Part shown: positions 1-13,288 of the stretch, piece by piece
Position numbering within the stretch: position 1 is the stretch's first letter
How the letters are laid out: every line of letters begins with the position of its first letter
DNA from: Eledone cirrhosa
Lineage: Eukaryota
Assembly (NCBI GenBank): GCA_964016885.1
Contig: OZ024762.1
Coordinates: 20,956,001 to 21,020,000 of the forward strand
Direction: 5' to 3'
DNA length: 64,000 bases
Notes under the pieces: model-generated
Databases searched by the model: none
What the model saw: the letters and a program-made list of their open reading frames with translations, nothing else
Told to the model about the DNA's origin: nothing
Position numbers and translations under genes: made by a program

Positions 1-405
1 GAAAAAGCAACATGAAATAAAGTGTCTTGCTGAAGGACATAACACATCGCCCGGTCCAAGAATCAAACTCTCTAACCACGAAGCCATATGCCAATATGTA
101 TCTAATTGTAAATAATCAATCAGATTCATGAAACATTGAGCAACTTTTTTTAATATTTAAAGTATGTTCTTTTTTATTTTTATTTTTTTTACTATGAAAA
201 TAATTCCAAGTTGGGTATATGAACCCCAAGTAAACAGGTAATACTGTCCCCTTTTTCCATCTTTAGAGTCTGTATCCAACTTGTTTGACTATTTTCATAG
301 TACAAGAAAAAACACACTCACCAGCATTGAAGCAGCTTATATCAAGTTAACATACATTCCAATATCTAATATTAATTTTATTTCCTATTTCTTTCTCTCT
401 TTCAG

Positions 406-540
406 TATTACGTATTGTCATTTGCCTTTCCAAAGCAAATGGTTTTACCTGGGAACTGAACGCGGGAATGTACACATAGTGAACATCGAAACGTTTTCTC
501 TGTCTGGTTATGTCATTAATTGGAACAAAGCAATTGAATT
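406..540 (+). CDS. STXBP5: Tomosyn (syntaxin-binding protein 5-like) internal exon A
   Basis: ttcag|...|gtaagt. Encodes ITYCHLPFQSKWFYLGTERGNVHIVNIETFSLSGYVINWNKAIE(L), matching the tomosyn motif recalled as CHLPFQSKWLYVGTERGNIHIVN. Ends phase 2. Confidence 0.95.
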
Positions 541-653
541 GTAAGTATCAAAAGTTTATGAAAACAAATTTTGTTTTTAAAAAGAGTATATGTTAAAAAA
601 AAAAGGAAGAAAGGCAATTTTTACACTGCCCTAGGCTCAAACCTGGCTACTGG

Positions 654-985
654 CAATGTCAACTGTTTATAGTATCTTTACTATTGTTGACAGATAAATG
701 TGAACATCACAATGTCAACTGTTTATAGTATCTTTACTATTGTTGACAGATAAATGTGAACATCACAATGTCAACTGTTTATAGTATCTTTACTATTGTT
801 GACAGATAAATGTGAACATCACAATGTCAACTGTTTATAGTATCTTTACTATTGTTGACAGATAAATGTGAACATCACAATGTCAACTGTTTATAGTATC
901 TTTACTATTGTTGACAGATAAATGTGAACATCACAATGTCAACTGTTTATAGTATCTTTACCATGGTGGACATATGGATGTGAAC
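654..985. repeat. 56-bp minisatellite, about 6 copies
   Basis: Unit caatgtcaactgtttatagtatctttactattgttgacagataaatgtgaacatca, recurring at 654, 710, 766 and onward. Confidence 0.95.
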
Positions 986-1125
986 ATTTGCAGTGCTAAA
1001 CTAAAGATGTTATCACCATCCTTATGGGGTCGATAAAATAAAGTACCAGTAATACATTGGGATAATTGCTGGCCTTGTGCCAAAAGTAGAAACAATTATT
1101 AGTGGATTTAGTGGTGGATAGGGTG

Positions 1126-1525
1126 GTGGATTGGCAGTATTGGTAGAGGGTCGGACCCCATGCTTTTGCAGCATAGAGTTACGCCCCTTTACGGTCTGAA
1201 TTCAAATCCCGCCGAGGTTAACTTTACCTTTCATCCTTACAAGGTCGATAAAATAAAGTACCAGTAATGCACTGGGTAATTACTGGCCTTGTGCCAAAAA
1301 TAGAAACAATTATTAGTGAATTGGCAGTATCAGTAGAGGGTCGGACGCATGCGTTTCAGCATAGTGACGGCCCTTTACATTCTGAGTTCAAATCCCACCG
1401 AGGTTAGCTTTGCCTTTCATCCTTACGGGGTCGATAAAATAAAGTACCAGTCACGAACTGGGGTCGATTTAATTGACTTTCCCCTCCCCCAAAATTGCTG
1501 GCCTTGTGCCTAAATCTGAAATCAT
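1126..1525 (+). mobile_element. Two tandem tRNA-derived SINEs, family A
   Basis: A box TGGCAGTATCGGTAGA, B box GAGTTCAAATCC, body CCTTTCATCCTTACGGGGTCGATAAAATAAAGTACCAG. Other copies lie near 11272, 27355, 30205(-), 33588, 44516, 51420(-), 51870, 58207 and 58830. Confidence 0.85.
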
Positions 1526-1599
1526 TATTATTATTAAGTGACCAATGACCTCTTCTTTTTCCGTCTTTAAGGGTCCTTACCCTATTTTATGAGCTATTT

Positions 1600-2670
1600 A
1601 TAGTATCTCCATACATGAGCACATCATTCTTTGTATTAACTTTATCCCCGCAGAATTTATATATCACATCGGTCATTTGTAGCTTGTTCAGTTAGAATTG
1701 GTGTCAATAACAAGGTTTTTGTTGTCCAGTTTGAGGTTTGGTGTCAATAACAAGGTTTTAGTTGTTCAGTTTGTGGTTTGGTGTCAATAACAGGGTTTAA
1801 TTGTCTAGTTTGTTGTTTGGTGTCAATAAAGGGGTTTAATTGTCTAGTTTGTGGTTTGGTGTCAGTAACAGGGTTTTAGTTGTCCAGTTTGTGGTTTGGT
1901 GTCAATAACAAGGTTTTAGTTGTCCAGTTTGTGGTTTGGTGTCAGTAACAAGGTTTAATTGTCTAGTTTGTGGTTTGGTGTTAATAACAGGGTTTTAGTT
2001 GTCCAGTTTGTGGTTTGGTGTCAGTAACAAGGTTTAATTGTCTAGTTTGTGGTTTGGTGTCAATAACAGGGTTTTAGTTGTTCAGTTTCTATGTTTGTGG
2101 TTTGGTGTCAATAACAGGGTTTTAATTGTCCAGTTAGTGGTTTGGTGTCAGTAACAAGGTTTAATTGTCCAGTTTGGGGAGTCAATAACAGGGTTTTAAT
2201 TGTCCAGTTTGTGGTTTGGTGTCAATAACGAGATTCTTGAGTTTAGAGTCTTCTGTTGTTTTTGTTTTTAGTATATTACTATTGTTAACATATTGATTTG
2301 GTGCAATATATTGTGTGTTAGATTTTATGAGATTTTCTTTTATTTTGTGTTTGTCTGTTCTATAGTTTGTATGCGTTTGATTCATGTAGTATACTTTATA
2401 TGTTATTTGTGTATTTTTAATGGCTACAGTGTCTGAGACAATAGTTGTATGGTCTTTATGTCTATATTATGTCTATATTCGGTCTACTGGTCTCTTCGAT
2501 TATCCATTGTTGGTTAATCTTTGTTTTGTTCTATGGATTTCTTTAGCCAATGCTTTGTTTGTAGAAGAGAATCTAAATATTCCTCTTTGTTGAGATTTCC
2601 TCACTGATATTTTGTAGTTTTGTTGATATTTACTGTTTACATCTAGCTATTTACATTTTTTTGTGTGTAA
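1600..2670 (-). mobile_element. Decayed Penelope-like element ORF remnant (RT C-terminus to GIY-YIG start), interrupted by a minisatellite
   Basis: Minus-strand peptides KEIHRTKQRLTNNG*SKRPVDRI (PLE-like ExxRxKQxLxNNGY), NQTHTNYRTD...KLKNLVI, and QMTDVIYKFC (GIY-YIG-like VxYKFxC). Contains stop codons. Confidence 0.6.
1699..2230. repeat. ~41-bp minisatellite
   Basis: Unit ggtgtcaataacaaggttttagttgtccagtttgtggttt, about 13 diverged copies. Confidence 0.92.
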
Positions 2671-2672
2671 AC

Positions 2673-3300
2673 CAGAGGTTCTCAAACTTTTTGAGCCACC
2701 GACCCCCATCACGATCACGTAATCCCCTCACGCCCCAACCCTATTTCCAGAGAGACCCGCTGACATGCAAATTGTAAATAATATATCTATATATTACTAA
2801 AACTCTGCGATTGCTTGCTTGCTTCTCTGTAATGTAATACAGCCAAAAGGGCACATAATGGGAAAATACTTTGAAAGGAGGTTGACCCTGAAATGCGAAT
2901 ACAAATGGAATAAAACAAGTTTCACGTAAATCGGAGGACGGCTTCCCGAGATATGTGGTTTTTCCGGGTACATTCATAAACAGAGAGAGAAAAGGATAGA
3001 AAGAGATAGTGGTTGTGAGAGAGTAGATTGAAAGAGAGACAGAAGAGGAGAATGGAAGAGAGAGAGAGATGGTGGTGGTATTGTGTATATATATATATAT
3101 ATATATATGTGAGTGTGTGTATATGTATGTGTGTATGTGTGTGTGTCTATATTATATATTTTTTTTACTATATCTATATATATGTATTATTTGATATTTA
3201 ATATACTATTATATCATCTCTATTGCCCCCTTAGCCAGCAGTACCCCCTGGACCTTCTGAAGCCCCCCCCCCCCCAAGGGGCGGTAGCGCCCACTTTGTA
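2673..3300. mobile_element. Probable hAT-like non-autonomous DNA element with internal insertions
   Basis: Starts CAGAGGTTCTCAAACTTTTT and ends ...GGGGCGGTAGCGCCCACTTTG, typical hAT-MITE termini. The right TIR is degenerate. Confidence 0.45.
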
Positions 3301-5545
3301 AAGAGACATCAAATATTTGTTGCACCCCTTCCCCAATCTTGACGCTTTATCTAAATATGAGGTCATATGTGTACTGCCCTGGGTGTTAAACTTTAGTAAA
3401 GAGTTGTTTTCAGGCGTTTGGAACATAACTTAACAAAGATTCTTGTTGAAAATTATGATGAAAGGTGTTTAGATAAATGTCATGATAAGGTGGTTAGTGC
3501 TGGTGTCACGATAAAATGCACCCAGTCCACTCTGTATGGTAGTAATGCTGGTGTCGCAACATAAAGCAGCCAGTTCATACTGTAAGGTGTTAGTGTCATA
3601 GTCACAGTAAAATACTTCCAGTACAATACACTGTAAACTGGTTGGCATTAGGGAGGGGATCCAGATGTAGTAATGAAGGCAACCATAGAGTATACAAGCA
3701 AGGTGTGGTCACCTAACTAGGCTAGCCTCAATACATGACAACCCATCTAACCCATGCAAGCATGGAAAATAAATTGACTTTAACCTTTTAGCAATTACAT
3801 AACTCTATAATATACTATTGTATTTTCATATAATATTTCACATAATGTAGAATCTATGAAATTTTGATATTATTTATTTTCAGAACAATACCTTAACATC
3901 AATATGAGTAGCCAGTTATGGCCAGTTTGAACAGAAAGGGATGAGAAAATTCTGGCCAGACACAGCCAGTTTAAATGTTAGAGAGTTAACCTCTTCAGTG
4001 CTGAAGATGAGATAACTCATCCTAACATGTTTGAACTCTCTTTTTCAGCAGTTCATAACTTCAAAGTTATGAACTTGTTTCCAACAATTCAAATTTTCAA
4101 AGCTAGATGGGGTTACTAGTTTATTGATGTGACGTTTGTCAATCATCCAGATATGTGTTGTTAGTAAATGTTTGTTTAAAAATATAGTCACAAGGTCAGG
4201 AATTACGCCAGTGCATTACTGGTGCTTTATTTTATCAACTCTGTAAAGATGATAGGTAGAGTTAACCTCGGCTTGATAATGGCTTGTAATTTAGACAGAA
4301 GACCAACGACTTGGAGGAAGGGAATGTCAATTAAATAGACCCCAGTATTTGACTGTTACTTTATTTTATCAACTCTAGGAGGATGATAGGCAAAGTTCAC
4401 TTCAGAGAGATTTGAACTCGGAATGTAAAGAATCAGACCCTGTCACAGATAGGTTGTTATGAAAAAAGTTAAATAAATTCTCACACTAGGTTTGAAAGTC
4501 TTTGTTTTCACCTCAGTTTGTTATTTTGATGAGTGGAGAGGTTCAGAGATCAAATCAAATAAACTGGTAGAAGCACCCTTCGTGTCACCCTTCAAAAGAA
4601 AAACAAAAACAACCTCCTTCCCTCAAAAAAATAACAAAAACTGAAAAAATAATGCTTTGCTTCCACAATCCATCAAATTTTCATGATTCTGATCTTTGTG
4701 TCTTTTAAAACAGAATTAAGAATATGAATAACTTTATGGTTTTTGTCTCTATTTCAATATTTATTTACTTCGTTCAGTGAAAACCGTCTAGCCATTCCTC
4801 TGCTAATGTTGTATATGGTTATCTCCAGTTCTGTCAATTACTAGTGAAAAGAAACCAATTTATGTGGCATTCTAAATATTGATTTAATATCCGTTCAACA
4901 TTGTACAGTTTATTCTTCTCAGCAAATCTTTTCAAATCTCTTTGTGAATATAATTCAAATATTTTGTGTCTGATGCCTGCTTTATGAGGAATTCTTGGCA
5001 GCATCTTATTGAAATTTAGTTTGTATTGCTGATTTCATTCCTTAGAAAATAGTTGCAGTTTTTCTGCATTGTCCCAATTCCGTTTCTATAGACATTTTGA
5101 CCATTCATGATAGTTGTATTTTTCTTTTCCTGGTCTTTCAAAAACACCTGACAACTTATTTCCATATATTCTTTTTTGAATAATAGATATACTCTCCTAT
5201 CGTTTTCTTTGACTAGTTCAGTTCAAAGGCTGCGAACTAACAGTCGTTAAAGCATAAGAATTAATTAACCTGCAGTATTTGTTCCAGCTCCCTGTGCTAT
5301 CTGTTTCAATCTTGTCCAGGTCAACTTTGCTTTTCATCCATTTCAGGGTCAATAAGGAAAAAAATACCAATTGGGTATGATGGCAAGACACTCCACTTGT
5401 GTCAAAGACATATGCATGGCAAGCGTGGTCCTATAAATTCTGAAGGAGTCAAAGGGGCACCATATTGATATATATTGCATTTCCAGGGCATTTTAAAACC
5501 TGGTGGAGCCCATCCCTCCAGGTCTGCAGACAGCAGATTTCTACC

Positions 5546-6195
5546 AGAGAAGGGTAGTGAAGGATAGAATGGTAGAGAAGGCTAGTGAGTGATAGAATGG
5601 TAGTGAAGGGTAGTGAAGGATAGAATGGTAGAGAAGGCTAGTGAGTGATAGAATGGTAGTGAAGGGTAGTGAGTGATAGAATGGTAGTGAAGGGTAGTGA
5701 GTGATAGAATGGTAGTGAAGGGTAGTGAGTGATAGAATGGTAGTGAAGGGTAGTGAGTGATAGAATGGTAGTGAAGGGTAGTGAGTGATAAGATAGTAGT
5801 GAAGTGTAGTGAGTGATAGGATGGTAGTGAAGGGTAGTGAGTGATAGGATGGTAGTGAAGGGTAGTGAGTGATAGAATGGTAGTGAAGGGTAGTGAGTGA
5901 TAGAATGGTAGTGAAAGGTAGTGAGTGATAGAATGGTAGTGAAGGGTAGTGAGTGATAGAATGGTAGTGAAGGGTAGTGAGTGATAGAATGGTAGTGAAG
6001 GGTAGTGAGTGATAGAATGGTAGTGAAGGGTAGTGAGTGATAGAATGGTAGTGAAGGGTAGTGAGTGATAGAATGGTAGTGAAGGGTAGTGAGTGATAGA
6101 ATGGTAGTGAAGGGTAGTGAGTGATAGAATGGTAGTGAAGGGTAGTGAGTGATAGAATGGTAGTGAAGGGTAGTGAGTGATAGAATGGTAGTGAG
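5546..6195. repeat. 28-bp minisatellite, more than 20 copies
   Basis: Unit gtgagtgatagaatggtagtgaagggta. Confidence 0.97.
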
Positions 6196-6337
6196 AAAGA
6201 TACAGAGGAAGAATCAACTGTAGATTGGTACTTTGTTTATTGACCTCATATGAATGAAAGGAAAAGGTGACCTTGCTGGGATTTGAACTCAGAGAGCCGA
6301 AATGAATATTGCAAAACATGTTAAACATTCAAAGCAT

Positions 6338-6686
6338 GGAGGCACATGGCTTAGTGGTTAGAGCATTGGCCTTGCAATCGAAAGGTTGTGAGTTCAATTC
6401 TCAGACCGGGTAATGTGTTGTTTCCTTGAGCAAGACACTTTATTTCACATTGCTCCAGTTCACTCAGCTGTAGAAATGAGATGATAGGGACTGGGGTCCC
6501 TATCATTCCACTGCAAAGTGGTCGTGGAGGTGCCACAGAAAAAAGCACCCAGCACTCACTGTAAATGAGGTTGGTGTTATGAAGGGCATCCAGCTGTAGA
6601 AATCAAGCCAGAATCAGTTCCCGTCCCACCCTTGCAAGCAGGGAAAAGCGGACGTAAAATGAAATGATGATGACGATGATGATGAT
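6338..6686 (+). mobile_element. tRNA-derived SINE family B with RTE-derived 3' tail
   Basis: Head GGAGGCACATGGCTTAGTGGTTAGAGC...GAGTTCAATTC. The tail CCCGTCCCACCCTTGCAAGCAGGGAAAAGCGGAC(ATG)n is shared with the RTE end at about 18258-18315. An antisense copy lies at about 18885-19205. Confidence 0.85.
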
Positions 6687-7489
6687 TTTATCTGACATTC
6701 TAATAACTCTACCAATTTGCTGCCAAAACAAAGATCTCTCTAATGCTGATGCCATGATAAAATACACTCAGTAGAGCATGGGAGTATATATAAATGAAAT
6801 GGAGGCCTGCCAGGGCCCATCTGAGAGGTCTGTAACTCTGTTTGAGTACTGTCAGTCTGATGACTTGTCAAACCCCTGTGTTAAATAATGATGATAACTT
6901 TCTCTTTCTCTTTGACCAAAATTGACTATGATTACACCTCAAGAGGAATTACCCCTGATTTGTTTTAAATGTTCCAGTGACAGATGATGGTACCCTGTTG
7001 GCTCTATCATGAGCTGAGAGCTCAAAGTAAGCAGCCAGTGCCAGATTTAGGACAAAGAGGCCATGTGCTAGTTAAGCTATGAGGCCCCAAACATTTGAAA
7101 AATTCATTGTAAAAATTTTTTTGAGAGGAAGTTGGGACTCCCTGGCCTACAGAGCCCTGTGCTTAAGCACAACTAAGCACAATGGTAAAGGAATCATTGT
7201 ATTGAAATCAAATCTTATTACAAACATTGTGTTTTGTCTTCATTGAGCCTAGGAGGCATATCAGGTCACTGACATTACAGTACAATACACCATATGTCTA
7301 CAATCTGGTCACTTACACTACACTATGCTACACCATATTTCTGTAGCCTACACTACACTACACTACACCAATAGTCTGATCACTAATACATACACTACAC
7401 TACACCAATAGTCTGATCACTAATATAATACATATTACATATTACAAGCAAACAGCCACAGGAAACAAGTACCACCAATCTCTGGGAGG

Positions 7490-8400
7490 GCCCTGTAGAA
7501 ACAGTAGACAGCTTCTGCTACCTAGGTGACCGAATTAGCAACGGAGGTGGGTGCTCAGAAAGTACAATAACTAGGGTAAGAACGGGATGGAAGAAGTTTA
7601 GGGAGCTACTACCACTGCTAGCTGCAAAAGGCTTCTCCCTCAGAATGAAAGGCAGACTGTATGATGCGTGTATCCGAACAGCGATGTTGCATGGTAGTGA
7701 GACCTGGGCGCTGAAGGTGGAAGACTTACGTAGATTAGAGAGAAACGAAGCCTGCATGCTCCGATGGATGTGTAACAGTAATATACGTGAACGACAAAGC
7801 ATAAATGAATTGAGAGAGAGACTGAGCATAAGAGGAATCAAATGCTGCGTGCAGGAGAGGCGGTTACGCTGGTATGGACATGTGATGCGTATGAAGGATG
7901 ACAGCTGCATAAAAAGGTGCAGAGCACTAGAAGTTGATGGAAACCGCGGAGTGGGGAGACCCAAGATGACTTGGGATGAGGTGATAAAAGCCGACCTTAC
8001 CCAACTACACCTCTCAAAGTCAATGACACACGACCGTGACTTCTGGCGTCACGCAGTAATACAGGGTACCCGACCTCCCATGGGTACATGCTGAAGCATA
8101 TAAACAATATGCCCCCCCCCCCCCCCACCGCAAGGTGGTCGTGGAGGTGCCACGGCAAAAAAGCACCCAGCCCACACTGTAAAGTGGACGTGTAGGCGCC
8201 ACGAAAAAGCACCCAGCACTCACTGTAAATGAGGTTGGTGTTAGGAAGGGCATCCAGCTGTAGAAATCAAGCCAGATCAGTTCCTGTATGAGCAAGGCAT
8301 GGTCAGCCGACCAGACACTGCCCACAACAGGACAACCCGTCTAACCCATGCTAGCGTGGAAGAACGGACGTAAAACGGTGATGATGATGATGATGATGAT
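7490..8400 (+). mobile_element. 5'-truncated RTE-clade LINE (RT C-terminus, 3' UTR, (ATG)n tail)
   Basis: VDSFCYLGD...GWKKFRELLPLL...KGRLYDACIRTAMLHGSETW...RLRWYGHVMRM...GRPKMTW. Confidence 0.92.
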
Positions 8401-8756
8401 ATTGTAAAAAGCTTAACAAAACGCGTAGTTAAATGTTTTCATCCCCTTGAAATCGTTGGCATTAAACAAACACAGATTTTCAAATACAATACAATCTTAT
8501 TTCTATATTCTGGTTACTGAATATAGATATATGGACTAGTGTAGTGTATGCTACACTACAGTACACTATGCTACACTACACTGCACTATGCTACACTGCA
8601 CTATGCTACACTACAGTACACTATACTATACTACACTACAGTACACTCTACTACACTATACTACAGTACACTATACTACACTACAGCACACTATGGTACA
8701 CTACAGTACACTTTGCTACATTACAATCACTCTAATACATCTTATTTTGTTTTTAG

Positions 8757-8820
8757 GTCACGAAAAACCCATCCAGGCCCAGTTGTGCACCTTGAAGACA
8801 ATCCCATAGACCCTAGTAAG
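8757..8820 (+). CDS. STXBP5: Tomosyn exon B
   Basis: ttttag|...|gtaagt. (L)SRKTHPGPVVHLEDNPIDPSK. Phase 2 to 0, fits the flanking exons. Confidence 0.93.
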
Positions 8821-10732
8821 GTAAGTTTGGTTCTATATCTCTACTCTCTGTCAAAGGAGTATATGTATGTATGTATGTATGATGTATGATGTATGTATGT
8901 ATGTATGTATGTATGTATGTATGTATGTATGTATGTATGTATGTATGTATGTATGCGTGTGTGTGTGTGTGTATGCATGTATGCGTGCGTGTGTGTGTGT
9001 ATGCATATATGTGTGTGTATGTGTGGACCATTAACTTCTGATGGAGTCATAAGGGTGCTGTAGTGTTGACATATGGTGTGTTTTGTGTATTTTAAACCTG
9101 GCAGACTCCATTTCCTTTCCATGTCTGAAAACAACCTATTTCTTCCAGAGAATGGAGTAGAGAGAGAGAGGGAGAGAGGAAGAATTAACACCAGTGTAGG
9201 ACTGGTATTTTTTTTTTTATTGGTCTAAAAAAAAAAAAAATGAAAGACAAAATTGGCCTCAGTGAGATTTGAACTCAGATCTCAGAGAGCCAGAACAAAT
9301 ACCACAAAGCATTCTATCTGACACCCTACAGCTCTGCCAATTCACCACCTTAAATTCTTGATTATTTTCAAAATTACTTGAAAATCATAGGCAGTGATTT
9401 CCATTATGGTAAAGAAGGGGTTAAAGTGTTTATATTTATGTAACAACATTTAAGATATGTTCCAAACACCAGCTTAATAATCAGAGAGTTAGCTATATTA
9501 TTAAATCCCTCCAAATTCTTGATTATTTTCAAAAATCATTTGCAAGTCATAGCTAGTGTCTTTCATTCTTCTTCTTATTGTGTCCACAAGAGTGTCAGCT
9601 ACAAAGCTTGGCTAGATGCGATTCCACCACAACTGAACACATTGCTGTCCTTTCTCATTAAACTCTGCCAAGTCCAATGATGTGCAGGGGTGTTCCAGCA
9701 GAGGCCATATCAGGAGGTGCTGCGTAGTCCGTGTTTTAATGCCACAGTCACACACAAAGTCCTCATCCTTTAAATATCCCCATTTTGCCAGATTGACGTT
9801 TCACGTCCAACACCAGATCTTAGTCTGTTTAGGCATTTCCACACTGTATAGTTTGTATCTGCTCCAGGGGGCAGTGCCCTGCTCGCCTTTAGCTCCATTG
9901 TTGTTACAGATGGGAGGTTAAGGTTAAGTTTTTCTTTCCAGCAAGTGACTCTTTCACTATTAATGCTCGATATTCCAAGGGGTATGACGCTCTTTCATTA
10001 GAAATATGGTAATGAATTGGTGAAAGTGTTTATATTTATCTAAAAACTTTCCACCATAATTTTAAATCAGAATATTTATTATATTCTTAGATAAAATGCT
10101 GCGATAACAAGAAAGAAAGATAGTTATTTGACTAAATCCCTCCAAATTCTTGATTATTTTCAAAAATTACTTCGACTTTTTTTCCATTTCTTCTCTCTCC
10201 TCATTGTTCCAGTGTTAGAAATCACTATTGTAGCTTCAACCAAAACTGATCTTCGTCTTCTTGTCTTCAGTCTTTCTTCTCCAATCTCTTTCTTCTGTCT
10301 TCCATGTTTTCTATGTGAAAGGTAAACAAACTCTGATGTAAAGTGGCATCCATTTTAAAAGGTTCCTATTTAAATTTAAAACTTCCAACATTATTTCATA
10401 TAAGAAACTTTTATAGAATTTTGATTACCGTATTTCTCAGCATCAAAGACACTACTTTTTTCCTAAAATAAGTCTCAAAAATCTACCATGCGTCCTGGAG
10501 GTTGTTTATTATTTTTTTTCAAATTTTTGGTTGTCAAAATTAGGGTGCGTCCTCAAGGACAAAGTGTCTTCGGCGCCAGGAAATATGGTGTATAAAAATT
10601 ACATCTTAGTAATGAAATAATTAGTAATTGTAGTAAATCTATCTGAATTCTTCATTAACACTTCAGCATTTACATCACTCTATATATACTATTATATTTT
10701 ATTGGTAAAGGCTTTAGCTCACATAATTATCT

Positions 10733-11270
10733 CACATAATATTGAATCTGAGATTTTGATGTTATTTATTTTGAGAATAATACCTTAACATCAGTATGAG
10801 CGGGTGGTTACAGCTGGTTTCAACAGAGATGTAAGAGAATTCTGGCCAGATATGGCCGCATAATATTGAATCTGAGATTTTGACGTTATTTATTTTGAGA
10901 ATAATACCTTAACATCAGTATGAGCGGGTGGTTACAGCTGGTTTCAACAGAGATGTAAGAGAATTCTGGCCAGATATGGCCGCATAATATTGAATCTGAG
11001 ATTTTGACGTTATATTATTTTGAGAATAATACCTTAACATCAGTATGAGCGGCTGGTTACAGCTGGTTTCAACAGAGATGTAAGAGAATTCTGGCCAGAT
11101 ATGGCCGCATAATATTGAATCTGAGACTTTGATGTTATATTATTTTGAGAATAATACCTTAACATCAGTATGAGCGGCTGGTTACAGCTGGTTTCAACAG
11201 AGATGTAAGAGAATTCTGGCCAGATATGGCCACATAATATTGAATCTGAGACTTTGATGTTATATTATTT
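10733..11270. repeat. ~125-bp tandem array of the internal part of the TTAA MITE
   Basis: Four or more units of cataatattgaatctgag...gaattctggccagatatggcc. Confidence 0.9.
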
Positions 11271-11749
11271 TGCAGTATCGGTAGAGGGTCGGACGCCATG
11301 CTTTCCAGCATAGTTACGTCCCTTTACGATCTGAGTTCAAATCCCGCCGAGGTTGACTTTGCCTTTCATCCTTACGGGGTCGATAAAATAAAGTACCAGT
11401 AATGCACTGGGTAATTGCTGGCCTTGTGCCTAAAGTAGAAACAATTATTTTGAGAATAATACCTTAACATCAGTATTAGAAATCAATATTGTAGCTTCAT
11501 CCAAAACTGAGTTTTATCCAGTCATATTCCCGCCCCCCCCCCCCAACCCCACCCACACACACACCCCTACACCCACTCCCCCCCCCCCACACACAGACAC
11601 AGCCACCTCCTCAAGAAATCTCCTAAATTGATTAAACAATGTACCTCTGTCTTGCTCCTGTCTGGTAGCTTGCCAGATTTCTTCTAATGAAACCATCAAA
11701 CTCTTGCAATCATTAAACTTCTTACCCAATCATATTGAAAGCAGCAGCA

Positions 11750-12945
11750 GCATCATCATCGTTGTAATAGTTGTCATCGTCATCACCATCATCGTCATCA
11801 TCACCATCATCGTCCTTATCATCATCCATCGTCCTCATCATCATCATCATCATCGTCGTGATAGTTGTCATCATCGTCACCATCATCATCATTGTCACCA
11901 TCGTCGTCACCATCGTCGTCACCATTACCATCGTCACCATCACCATCGTCGTCACCATCACCATCGTCGTCACCATTACCATCGTCACCATCACCATCGT
12001 CGTCACCATCACCATCGTCGTCACCATTACCATCGTCACCATCACCATCGTCGTCACCATCACCATCGTCGTCACCATCACCATCGTCACCATCACGATT
12101 GTCGTCACCATCACCATCGTCGTCATCATCATCATCGTCGTCACCATCATCGTCGCCATCGTCATCACCATCACCATCGTCATCACCATCACCATCGTCA
12201 TCACCATCACCATCGTCATCACCATCACCATCGTCGTCACCATCGTCATCGTCACCATCACCATCGTCATCACCATCACCATCGTCATCACCATCACCAT
12301 CGTCATCACCATCACCATCGTCGTCACCATCGTCATCGCCATCATCACCATCGCCATCGTCATCACCATCACCATCGTCATCACCATCACCATCGTCATC
12401 GTCATCACCATCACGAATGTCATCACCATCATCCTCAACATTATCAACATCCTCTTCACCATTGTCATCACCATTGTCATCGTCATCGTCATCACCATCA
12501 TCGTCACCATCTTCATTGTCGTCACTATCTTCATTGTCGTCACCATCTTCGTCACCATCATTGTCATCACTATCTTCATCGTCGCCATCTTCGTCTCCAT
12601 CTTCATCACCATCTTTGTCGTCACCATCTTCGTCACCATCTTCATCGTCGCCATCTTCGTCACCATCTTCATCGTCGCCATCTTTGTCACCATCTTTGTC
12701 GTCCCCATCTTCGTGACCATCTTTGTCGTGACCATCTTTGTCGTCACTATCTTTGTCGTCACCATCTTTGTCACCATCTTTGTCACCATCTTTGTCACCA
12801 TCTTTGTCACCATCTTTGTCACCATCATTGTCATCACCATCCTCATTGTCACCATCTTTGTCGTCACCATCAGCGTCGTCACCATCATCGTCACCATCAT
12901 CGTCATCATCATTATCGTCATCACTATCATTGACATCAACATCAT
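11750..12945. repeat. Complex CAT/CAC/CGT trinucleotide repeat
   Basis: Low-complexity tract that produces the spurious His-, Ile-, Ser- and Met-rich ORFs. Confidence 0.97.
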
Positions 12946-13123
12946 GATCTTCGTCTTCTTGTCTTCAGTCTTTCTTCTCCAATCTCTTTCTTCTGTCTTC
13001 CATGTTTTCTATGTGAAAGGTAAACAAACTCTGATGTAAAGTGGCATCCATTTTAAAAGGTTCCTATTTAAATTTAAAACTTCCAACATTATTTCATATA
13101 AGAAACTTTTATAGAATTTTGAT

Positions 13124-13288
13124 TACCGTATTTCTCAGCATCAAAGACGCTACTTTTTTCCTAAAATAAGTCTCAAAAATCTACCATGCGTCCTGGAGGT
13201 TGTTTATTATTTTTTTTCAAATTTTTGGTTGTCAAAATTAGGGTGCGTCCTCAAGGACAAAGTGTCTTCGGCGCCAGGAAATACGGTG
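13124..13288. mobile_element. Tc1/mariner-pogo-like MITE
   Basis: Termini TACCGTATTTC...GAAATACGGT. Copies near 10426 and 45615. Confidence 0.7.

Noticed and set aside
1126-1220. tRNA-like A/B boxes
   Set aside because: These are heads of multi-copy SINEs with no complete cloverleaf, not tRNA genes.
5582-6328. 248-aa repetitive ORF
   Set aside because: Product of a 28-bp minisatellite, with no splice or homology support.
11704-13039. 400-aa His-rich, Ile-rich and Met-rich ORFs on both strands
   Set aside because: Translations of a stop-free CAT/CAC trinucleotide tract inside an intron. The same applies to 37481-38095 and 50430-51203.
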